NCBI GenBank assembly: GCA_963796055.1
Contig: CAWCKH010000004.1
Location: 1,152,001-1,216,000 of the forward strand
DNA: 64,000 bases
DNA from: an uncultured delta proteobacterium
GTDB lineage: Bacteria > Myxococcota > Myxococcia > Myxococcales > Myxococcaceae
Reading direction: 5' to 3'
Positions within the stretch are counted from its first letter, which is position 1, and each line of letters begins with the position of its first letter. Below the pieces are notes generated by a model, which made no database searches, had not been told where the DNA came from, and was given only the letters and a program-made list of their open reading frames with translations. Below are positions 56,704 through 64,000 of this stretch, piece by piece. Both the position numbers and the translations under genes were made by a program.

Positions 56704-58098
56704 CTGAGACGACTGCCCGCGCTGCTCCTGCTGCTCCCCTCGCTCGCCCTCGCCGAGCCGGTGTACCAGAGCCGGACCCTCCCCAACGGGCTGACGGTCC
56801 TGGTGGCCGAGGACCCGTTCTCCCCGCTGGTCACCGTGGAGATCGGCGTCCGGAACGGCTCGATGACCGAGCCGCCCGAGTACAACGGGCTGAGCCACCT
56901 CTACGAGCACATGTTCTTCAAGGCCAACGCCGTGCTCCCCGACCAGGAGGCCTACCTGGCGCGGGCCCGGGAGCTGGGCCTGGTCTGGAACGGGACCACC
57001 AACACCGAGCGGGTGAACTACTTCTTCACCACCGCGCGTGAGCGGCTGCCCGAGGCCCTCGCGTTCATGCGCGACGCCATCGTCACCCCGCTCTTCGAGC
57101 AGAAGGAGCTGGAGCGGGAGCGAGTGGTGGTCACCGGGGAGATTGACCGGAACGAGTCCACGCCCCAGTACCACTTCTGGCACGAGGTGAATCAGCACGT
57201 CTGGTGGAAGTACCCCTCGCGCAAGGACCCGCTCGGCAACCGGGCGACGGTGCTCGGGGCCACCGTGGAGAAGATGCGGACCATCCAGGCGCGCTACTAC
57301 GTGCCGAACAACTCCATCCTGGTGGTCACCGGAGGCGCGAAGGCCGAGGACGTCTTCTCCCGGGCTGGATCGCTCTTCGCCGGCTGGAAGCCGACCCCGC
57401 GCGATCCGCTCCAGGCCTATCCGCTGGTGAAGCACCCGCCGCTGAAGCGCTCCGAGCTGGTCCTGGTGGAGCAGCCGGTGCAGACCGTGTCCGGTCAATT
57501 CGTGTGGCACGGGCCCTCCACGGTCGCCAAGGAGCTCCCCGCCACCTACGCCGCCGACGTCCAGGGCACGGCGGTCAACCGGCCCGACTCCCGCTTCCAG
57601 CGTGCCCTGGTGGATTCGGGGCACTGCGTCCGCGCCCAGATGTTCTGGATCACGCAGGTCAACACCGGTCCGAGCTCCGTGCAGTTCGAGAGCACGCCCG
57701 AGCGGACCAGGGAGTGCATCGAGGCCATCCAGGCGGAGCTCCCGAAGATGGCCCAGCCGGACTACCTCACCGCGGACGAGCTCCGGGACGCGGTGCACCG
57801 GCTCGCGGTGGACCGGGCGCTCGAGCGGGAGAAGCCGAGCGACCTCGCCCACGTCCTGACCTTCTGGTGGAGCTCGGCCGGTCTCGACTACTACCGGACC
57901 TACCTCGACCGGGCCGCGGAGGTGACCCCGGCAGAGGCGAGCCGGTACGTGCGAACCTACCTGCTCGAGCGACCGTACGTGCTCGGGCTGATGGTCTCCC
58001 CGGAGATGCAGAAGCAGGGCCTGGACCGCACGACCCTGGCAAAGCTGGTGCGCCCGCTGCGCGCCCCTCGCCGCGTGACCCAGGAGGCGAACCGATGA
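56704..58098 (+). CDS. M16 zinc peptidase, catalytic subunit
   Basis: HLYEH (HxxEH); signal peptide when extended to CTG 56704. Confidence 0.9.
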   Translation: MRRLPALLLLLPSLALAEPVYQSRTLPNGLTVLVAEDPFSPLVTVEIGVRNGSMTEPPEYNGLSHLYEHMFFKANAVLPDQEAYLARARELGLVWNGTTNTERVNYFFTTARERLPEALAFMRDAIVTPLFEQKELERERVVVTGEIDRNESTPQYHFWHEVNQHVWWKYPSRKDPLGNRATVLGATVEKMRTIQARYYVPNNSILVVTGGAKAEDVFSRAGSLFAGWKPTPRDPLQAYPLVKHPPLKRSELVLVEQPVQTVSGQFVWHGPSTVAKELPATYAADVQGTAVNRPDSRFQRALVDSGHCVRAQMFWITQVNTGPSSVQFESTPERTRECIEAIQAELPKMAQPDYLTADELRDAVHRLAVDRALEREKPSDLAHVLTFWWSSAGLDYYRTYLDRAAEVTPAEASRYVRTYLLERPYVLGLMVSPEMQKQGLDRTTLAKLVRPLRAPRRVTQEANR

Positions 58099-59456
58099 GA
58101 CCGCTCGCGCTCTGCTCGCTCCTGCTCGCCGCCTGCGCCCTGACCCAGACGCCCCCGCCCGCGCCGGCGCAGGGCCGGGAGGCGCCCGCCGTCCTCGCCA
58201 CACCCGCCCTCGAACCCGCGGACCCGAACACCCGGGTCGAGGACTGGCAGGGAATCCGCGTCCTGGTCCGGCGCCGTCCCCAGGCCGAGCTGGTCACCAC
58301 CGAGCTCGTCGTCCGGGGCGGGGTCACCCTGTCCGACCCGGCCACCGCGGGCGCCGAGTGGCTGGCGCTCTACACCGCGGCGAGCGGAGGGACCGAGCGG
58401 CTCCCCAAGCAGGACTTCCAGGCCAGGCTCGCTCGGCTCGGCAGCTCGCTCGAGGCGCGCGTCGATGCGGATGCCTCGGCGCTGGAGGCCAAGTCATTGA
58501 GCGCCGCGTGGTCCGAGACGTTCGACCTGCTCGCCGATGCGTTCCTCCATCCGGCGCTCCCTCCCACCGAGCTTGCCCTGCAACAGAGACGGCAGCTCAA
58601 CCAGGTGCGCCGGATCGAGGAGGACCCCGACCTTCTGCTCGCCGACCTCGGTCGTCGGACCGTGTTCGAGGGCACGCCGTACGCCCAGCGGGTCCTGGGG
58701 ACGAAGGAGAGCATTCCCCGCCTCACCGCGGAGGTCGTCCGCGGCCAGCTCGATGCGATGCGCGCGCGGAACCGGTTGCTGCTGGTGGTCGTCGGGAACG
58801 TGGACCCCGACCTGGTCCTGACCCGAGCGAAGGCGGCCTTCGGCAGTCTCCCTGCCGGAGCAGCGCTGCCTGCACCTGTCCCCCGGCCGAAATTCGCCGC
58901 CGCCCGGGTGAATGCGCTCCAGCGAACGCTCCCCACGAATTACGTCCTCGCCCAGGTCCCTGGACCGACGTGGGACGATCCGGAATTCGTGCCCGGGCTG
59001 GTGAGCATGCGCATCCTGGCGGATCGAGAGTTCGAGGCGATCCGGACCAAGAGGAACCTCACCTACGCGGTGACCGCGGGGCTGGTGAGCCGGCAGCGGC
59101 TCCCGCTGGCCAACCTATACGTCACGGCGGTGGACCCGCCCACCACTTGGCGGGCGATGCAGGAGGAGGTCCGGCGGCTCCAGGAGCAGGATGTCGAGCC
59201 CGAGCGGCTGAGCGGCGCGGTGGCGGAACTCCGGACCCGCTGGCTCATGGACGGCGAGAGCACCAATGGGGAGGCGCAGCAGCTGGCCCGCGCCGAGCTG
59301 CTCGGCGGCGACTGGCGGCTGCAGCGCCGCATCCCCGACGCATTCCCCTCGGTCACCGGCGAGCAGGTGAAGACCTACGCCCGCCGCTGGCTCAAGGACT
59401 GGCAGGTCGCGGTGGTAGGCGACCCGGCGAAGGTCGACGTCGCGCTGTTCCGCTGA
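58095..59456 (+). CDS. M16 peptidase non-catalytic partner, probable lipoprotein
   Basis: LLAAC lipobox; no HxxEH; IRTKRNLTY motif; ATGA-coupled. Confidence 0.85.
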   Translation: MRPLALCSLLLAACALTQTPPPAPAQGREAPAVLATPALEPADPNTRVEDWQGIRVLVRRRPQAELVTTELVVRGGVTLSDPATAGAEWLALYTAASGGTERLPKQDFQARLARLGSSLEARVDADASALEAKSLSAAWSETFDLLADAFLHPALPPTELALQQRRQLNQVRRIEEDPDLLLADLGRRTVFEGTPYAQRVLGTKESIPRLTAEVVRGQLDAMRARNRLLLVVVGNVDPDLVLTRAKAAFGSLPAGAALPAPVPRPKFAAARVNALQRTLPTNYVLAQVPGPTWDDPEFVPGLVSMRILADREFEAIRTKRNLTYAVTAGLVSRQRLPLANLYVTAVDPPTTWRAMQEEVRRLQEQDVEPERLSGAVAELRTRWLMDGESTNGEAQQLARAELLGGDWRLQRRIPDAFPSVTGEQVKTYARRWLKDWQVAVVGDPAKVDVALFR

Positions 59457-59487
59457 GGTGACTCGGCCTGCGTGAGAACACCCGCCC

Positions 59488-60021
59488 ATGGCGGAGTACA
59501 CGACGCGGGACCTCGGCACGTTGCCCGAGGGGCTTCCGGTCCCGACGGACGACGGACGGGCGAAGCACCTGACCGGCCTTGCAGTGCCATCCATCCCATT
59601 GCCGGCCACCACCGGCGAGCGGATCGACCGCTCGACCATTCCGGGCCTCGCGCAGCCACCCCTCACCCCGGACTGGGACCTGGTCCCCGGGGCGCGGGGG
59701 TGCACGCCGGAGACCTGCGCCTTCCGCGACCTCGCCGCCGACTTCGGAAGGCACGGCGTCCGCATCTTCGGGCTGAGCACCCAGGAACCCGCCTACCAGC
59801 GCGAGCTCGCCGAGCGGCTCCACCTGCCCTTCCCGGTGCTCAGCGACGCGGCCCGAACGCTGACCGAGGCCCTCCGGCTGCCGACGCTCACCATCGCCGG
59901 CCATATCCTCCTCGCTAGACTCAGCTGGCTCCAGCGCAACGGCCGGATCGAGCGGGTGTGGTACCCGGTGTTCCCACCCGACCGGCACGCCGCCGAGGTG
60001 CTCGCGGCGCTGCCGTCCTGA
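59488..60021 (+). CDS. Peroxiredoxin (BCP-like)
   Basis: PGARGCTPETCAFRD; GLSTQ; YPVFPPD. Confidence 0.82.
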   Translation: MAEYTTRDLGTLPEGLPVPTDDGRAKHLTGLAVPSIPLPATTGERIDRSTIPGLAQPPLTPDWDLVPGARGCTPETCAFRDLAADFGRHGVRIFGLSTQEPAYQRELAERLHLPFPVLSDAARTLTEALRLPTLTIAGHILLARLSWLQRNGRIERVWYPVFPPDRHAAEVLAALPS

Positions 60022-60053
60022 CGTCCGCGCCATCGCGGGCGTACAGTTCTCGG

Positions 60054-60440
60054 GTGACCTCTGCCTCCGCCCCCCGGGGCGCCTCGAATCGCACCGCGGC
60101 GGGCTACCTCGTGGCGCAGGCCGTTGCGGTCCTGCTCTGGTGGGTGGCGGTCTTCGGCTCGGCGAAGGTCCGGGCCTGGTTCTTCCCTTACGGAGGGCTC
60201 GATCCGGCCTTCGCCGCGTTCGTCGTCCCGGATTTGGTGTTCATCGTCGGCGGCTCCCTGGTGGTCGCCCGGCAACGAGCCCGCGGCAAGGCAGGCCCGC
60301 GGGCCTCCGGAATCCTGCTCGGCGCGGTCGGCTACGCCACCTTGTACACGCTGGGGTGGACCTTGGCGCTCCAGGCTCCGGCCGCGGGTGCGATCGCGAT
60401 GCTGTTCATCGCCATCGGAACCTGGCGCGCCTGCCGCTGA
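60054..60440 (+). CDS. Hypothetical 4-TM membrane protein
   Basis: Four hydrophobic segments; GTG start assumed. Confidence 0.5.
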   Translation: MTSASAPRGASNRTAAGYLVAQAVAVLLWWVAVFGSAKVRAWFFPYGGLDPAFAAFVVPDLVFIVGGSLVVARQRARGKAGPRASGILLGAVGYATLYTLGWTLALQAPAAGAIAMLFIAIGTWRACR

Positions 60441-60450
60441 CAGGGGCGGC

Positions 60451-60823
60451 TCAGCGCGCGAGCCGCTTGCCGAACGGGGCCAGGGCGAGCATCCCGAACT
60501 TCAGATGCTGGAAGGCGAACGGGATGCCGATGATGGTGAGGGCCAACCCCACCCCCAGCACCAGGTGGCTGAGGAAGATCCGAGATCCCCGCCACCAGCA
60601 GCCACAGGACGTTGAGCGCGAAGCTTCCCACGCCGGTGCCGGGCACCTCGTCGAAGTCGTGACCGAACGGGACCAGCCCGAGCTTCGCCAGCTTGAAGCA
60701 CTGCAGCCCGAAGGGGATGCCGACGATCGTCAGACAGAGCAGGACGCCGGCGGCGAGGTACTCGAGGCAGATCAGCCAGCCGCCACCAAGGACGACCCAC
60801 AGGACGTTGAGGAGAAAGTCCAC
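60451..60823 (-). CDS. YccF-domain membrane protein, frameshift near 60583
   Basis: LNVLWVVLGG...TIVGIPFGLQCFKLAKLGLVPFG unit repeated twice. Confidence 0.8.
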
Positions 60824-60831
60824 TGCTGGAT

Positions 60832-61509
60832 CTACGTCGGACCTGGTCCGGCCATTTCCGGCCCGCCGTTCAGGCCCTGGAGCAGGCGCTCGGCCTCCTT
60901 GCCCACCGCGCCGCCGGGGTCGAGACCCCGCGCCTTCTCCAGCGCGGCGCGTGCGCCAGCGCGATCGCCCTTGAGCTTGAACGCGATGCCGAGGTTCAGG
61001 TGCCCGCGGGGATTGTCGTGCTGCTTGGCGAGCGCAGTGCGGAACTCGGCGATCGCCCTGTCCACCTCGCCGCTGAGCAGCTCCTCCTTGCCCTTCTGGA
61101 CGTGGTGCTCGGAGTCGTTCACCAGCTCGACGTCGAGCACGCTCCGACCCGCCACGTTGACCAGCAGCGCGCGGAGGATCCCGGTCCAGTAGAAGGTGAG
61201 CCCCTCGGCCGCCACCACCGCGGCGAGCGGGAGGTCCGGGAGCAGCGGCTTGCCGCGAAACTTGAAGCGCACCTTGGTGTAGCGCCCGGCGTTGGCCCAC
61301 TGCCGCAGGGTGTCGGACACCTTCCGGAGCGCCTCGTCGACGGCGCCGGGCTGAACGTCCACGGGCAGGGTGGAGGGAGCCTCCTCGGCGGACCTGCTCG
61401 GTCGGGGCGCAGACCGGCGCGAGGCCGGGCGGGATGACTTGGCGGGCGCTCGCTTGCGGGCTGGGGCGGATCGCCGCGCGGGAGCCTTCGGACGCTTGGG
61501 AGGAGCCAT
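60832..61509 (-). CDS. TPR protein
   Basis: C-terminal TPRs (AIAEFRTAL...HLNLGIAF...ALEKARGLDP). Confidence 0.75.
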   Translation of the reverse strand: MAPPKRPKAPARRSAPARKRAPAKSSRPASRRSAPRPSRSAEEAPSTLPVDVQPGAVDEALRKVSDTLRQWANAGRYTKVRFKFRGKPLLPDLPLAAVVAAEGLTFYWTGILRALLVNVAGRSVLDVELVNDSEHHVQKGKEELLSGEVDRAIAEFRTALAKQHDNPRGHLNLGIAFKLKGDRAGARAALEKARGLDPGGAVGKEAERLLQGLNGGPEMAGPGPT

Positions 61510-61616
61510 GGCCGGCAGGACGCTAGCAAGAGCGCAATTTCTGCACCTCGAGACCAGCCCCCTGGGTGAGGAAGGTCCTGGCGCAGACCGTGCAATGGTC
61601 GTCCCGGGCCGACCCC

Positions 61617-61946
61617 ATGCACGAGCTCTCCATCACCCAGGGAATCGTCGAATCGGTGTGCGAGGCCGTGCCCGAGGGCAAGGTGCTCGCGGTGACGGTG
61701 GAGATCGGGAAGCTCTCCGGTGTCGTCGCGGACTCGGTGCGCTTCTGCTTCGATCTCTGCGCTCAGGGCACGCGGCTCGAGGGCGCCCGGCTGGACATCC
61801 GGGACGTTCCCGGACGCGGTCGGTGCGGGAGCTGCCAGCGCGAGACGGACATGGAGGAGCTGGTCACCCGGTGCGCATGCGGCAATCCCTTTCTGGAAGT
61901 CCTCCGCGGGCAGGAGCTCCGGATTCGATCGGTGGAGGTGACGTGA
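61617..61946 (+). CDS. hypA: Nickel metallochaperone HypA
   Basis: MHELSI; CGSC and CACG; GQELRIRSVEV. Confidence 0.93.
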   Translation: MHELSITQGIVESVCEAVPEGKVLAVTVEIGKLSGVVADSVRFCFDLCAQGTRLEGARLDIRDVPGRGRCGSCQRETDMEELVTRCACGNPFLEVLRGQELRIRSVEVT

Positions 61947-62857
61947 TGTGCGCGACCTGCGGGTGCTCCGGAACGATCGGCGTGGAACTGACGGCACTCG
62001 GGCCGGATGCCCACGACCACGACCACGCTGACCACCCGGCGCACGAGCACGGGCACTCCCACACGCACGAACACGAAGACGGGCACTCCCACGCGCACGA
62101 CCACGAACACGGGCACTCCCACGCGCACGACCACGAACACGGGCACTCCCACGCGCATGACCACGCTGCGAGCTCGACGGCCGCCCGGACCGTGCAGCTC
62201 GAGCAGGAGATCCTGGGCAAGAACCGCCTCCTCGCCGAGCGGAACCGGGGCTGGCTCCAGGGACGCGAGATCTTCGCCGTGAATCTCATGAGCTCGCCGG
62301 GCTCGGGAAAGACCACGCTCCTCGAGCGCACCATCCGCGATCTCGGCAAGCAGGTGGTGGTCTCCGTCATCGAGGGGGACCAGGAGACCCGCCTGGACGC
62401 CGAGCGCATCCGGAGCGCCGGCGCGCGGGTGGTGCAGATCAACACCGGAACCGGCTGTCACCTCGATGCGCAGATGCTCGGCCGCGCGCTTCAGGAGCTG
62501 TCGCCCGCGATCGGCTCGCTGCTTTTCGTGGAGAACGTGGGCAACCTGGTCTGCCCGGCGCTGTTCGACCTGGGAGAGGGAGCGCGGGTGGTCATCGCCT
62601 CGACGACCGAGGGCGAGGACAAGCCCCTCAAGTACCCCCACATGTTCCGTGCGGCGGACCTGATCCTGCTCAACAAGGTGGACCTGCTGCCGCACCTCGG
62701 CTTCGACGTCGGACGGTTCATCGCCCACGTCCGCCTGGTGAACCCCGCCGCGGTCCTCGAGATCTCCGCCACCACAGGCGAGGGGCTCCCCGAGTGGTAT
62801 CGCTGGCTGGCGGCCCGGGGCACCACCGACCGGACGGCGCCCGCTGTGAGACGGTGA
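61946..62857 (+). CDS. hypB: Nickel incorporation GTPase HypB with His-rich linker
   Basis: MCATCGC; SSPGSGKT; GTGCHLDA; ENVGNLVCP; NKVD. Confidence 0.95.
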   Translation: MCATCGCSGTIGVELTALGPDAHDHDHADHPAHEHGHSHTHEHEDGHSHAHDHEHGHSHAHDHEHGHSHAHDHAASSTAARTVQLEQEILGKNRLLAERNRGWLQGREIFAVNLMSSPGSGKTTLLERTIRDLGKQVVVSVIEGDQETRLDAERIRSAGARVVQINTGTGCHLDAQMLGRALQELSPAIGSLLFVENVGNLVCPALFDLGEGARVVIASTTEGEDKPLKYPHMFRAADLILLNKVDLLPHLGFDVGRFIAHVRLVNPAAVLEISATTGEGLPEWYRWLAARGTTDRTAPAVRR

Positions 62858-62878
62858 GCCGGTCGTCGTTCCGGGCTG

Positions 62879-63097
62879 CTACGGCCGGAACGGACGGCCG
62901 TCGATCAGCAGCTCGCCGATCTCCAGCCGCTTGATCCGTGCGGTGCGAATCGCCAGCGCGTTGATCGCCAGCGCGCCCACCGCGACCGCGCCGATCGCCA
63001 GGGCCCCCATGCTGGTGACCGCAAGCGCCGTCCCGAGCCGGGCCAGCGAGCTCTTCGGCCGCGGCCGCCGGCGGCGAAGGAGATGGACCTGCCTCAT
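62879..63097 (-). CDS. Small single-TM hypothetical protein
   Basis: GALAIGAVAVGALAI repeat; GGAGG RBS. Confidence 0.55.
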   Translation of the reverse strand: MRQVHLLRRRRPRPKSSLARLGTALAVTSMGALAIGAVAVGALAINALAIRTARIKRLEIGELLIDGRPFRP

Positions 63098-63222
63098 GCC
63101 GAGCCTCCTAGCAGATCCGCGGCACCGACTCTCATGTCCAGCAAGGGGCCGCCCGGAGCGAGGAGTGTCTGGCACCGCGGCGCCGTGACCGCGGGGGCCT
63201 TCGCCCCTATCCTCGACGCCGG

Positions 63223-63729
63223 ATGGCCCGGTTCACCCTCATCGCCGAGAAGTCCGAGCTGTGGGCCGAGGCCCGCTCCAGCCTCCATCCGGTGCGGGTC
63301 CATACCGCGGGCCTGCGGGGCGTCGTCGAGGCAGTGCTCGGCGCCGGCGAGCCGATGCTCGGCAGGCCCACCCACGTCGAGATCGAGGCAAGCCGGCTTC
63401 GCTCCGGCAACGGGCTGGTCGACGGCGAGCTTCAGCGACGGATCGACACGCGGAGCCACCCGACCATCCGCGCCGAGCTGACCGAGGTCGCGCGTGGAAG
63501 CTCGGGCGGGACGCTCCGGCTGACCGGTGCGCTCACCTTCCACGGCGTCACCCGCATGCTCGACGTGGAGGTCACGGTCCGACAGGGAGCCCCGGGCACG
63601 TTGATCATCGAGGGCGGGCGGGCCATCGACCTGCGGGACTTCGGGCTGTCCCCACCTTCGTTCTTGATGTTCAAGATGCAGCCCGAGGTCCAGGTGAGGG
63701 CGAGGCTGGTGGCGGAACGAGAAGGCTGA
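63223..63729 (+). CDS. YceI-like protein
   Basis: LRSGN..D; GALTFHGVTR; IDLRDFGL. Confidence 0.8.
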   Translation: MARFTLIAEKSELWAEARSSLHPVRVHTAGLRGVVEAVLGAGEPMLGRPTHVEIEASRLRSGNGLVDGELQRRIDTRSHPTIRAELTEVARGSSGGTLRLTGALTFHGVTRMLDVEVTVRQGAPGTLIIEGGRAIDLRDFGLSPPSFLMFKMQPEVQVRARLVAEREG

Positions 63730-63789
63730 AGCGGCCAAGCCCCTTCGGGGAGGAGGGGATCGCCTGGGCGCGCCGGACCCAGCCCACCG

Positions 63790-64000
63790 TCAGGAGCCGC
63801 TGAGCCGCTGCGTGGGCTGGATCTCCCGGATGCCCTTCGGGTCGATGGTGAGGAAGAACAGCGGCTTCTCCGCCTCCCGCCGGTCGTTGAAGCTGGTCTT
63901 CCCGGTCGCGCCCTCGAAGTTCTTGGTCGCCGCGAGCCCGTCGCGCACCGAGGCCCGATCCAGCGCCGCGGTCTGCTTGTCGAGGAGCAGCCGCAGCATC
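63790..64000 (-). CDS. C-terminus of a periplasmic-binding-fold (LpoA/ABC substrate-binding-like) protein; 5' end outside window
   Basis: FEGATGKTSFNDRREAEKPLFFLTI. Confidence 0.6.
   Translation of the reverse strand, partial: MLRLLLDKQTAALDRASVRDGLAATKNFEGATGKTSFNDRREAEKPLFFLTIDPKGIREIQPTQRLSGS

Overview
GC-rich bacterial DNA, most likely a myxobacterium (Myxococcota). This is inferred from the myxobacterial-looking TPR, kinase and receiver genes and the sigma-54 regulation, not from a database search. Left part (1-15.7 kb): two divergent universal stress proteins, a DEAD-box helicase, a sigma-54 activator flanked by a duplicated -24/-12 promoter region and followed by a hydrolase/SDR operon, a DUF4062-STAND ATPase, and a two-component pair. 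Middle (15.8-31.8 kb): an intact four-gene lipid/polyketide operon encoding an acyl-CoA dehydrogenase, a KS-AT-KS-ACPx3-KR-DH megasynthase, a single-chain acyl-CoA carboxylase and a PPTase. All three ACPs carry Thr instead of the canonical Ser, and the biotin carboxylase domain looks degenerate. 35.4-51.8 kb: two tandem islands integrated at the 3' end of tRNA-Phe(GAA). The att core lies inside the integrase gene, and both distal att copies preserve an alternative integrase C-terminus. Island cargo includes an apparently exported PEP-utiliser/dikinase with two SxxK serine hydrolases, a sterol-methyltransferase remnant and a decayed kinase-DsbA fusion. An 83-bp tandem array precedes the tRNA. 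Right part: gyrA, an M16 peptidase pair, a peroxiredoxin, hypAB and a YceI protein. Many accessory genes have frameshifts or internal deletions, which may be real decay or assembly error. All family calls come from motif recognition by eye.
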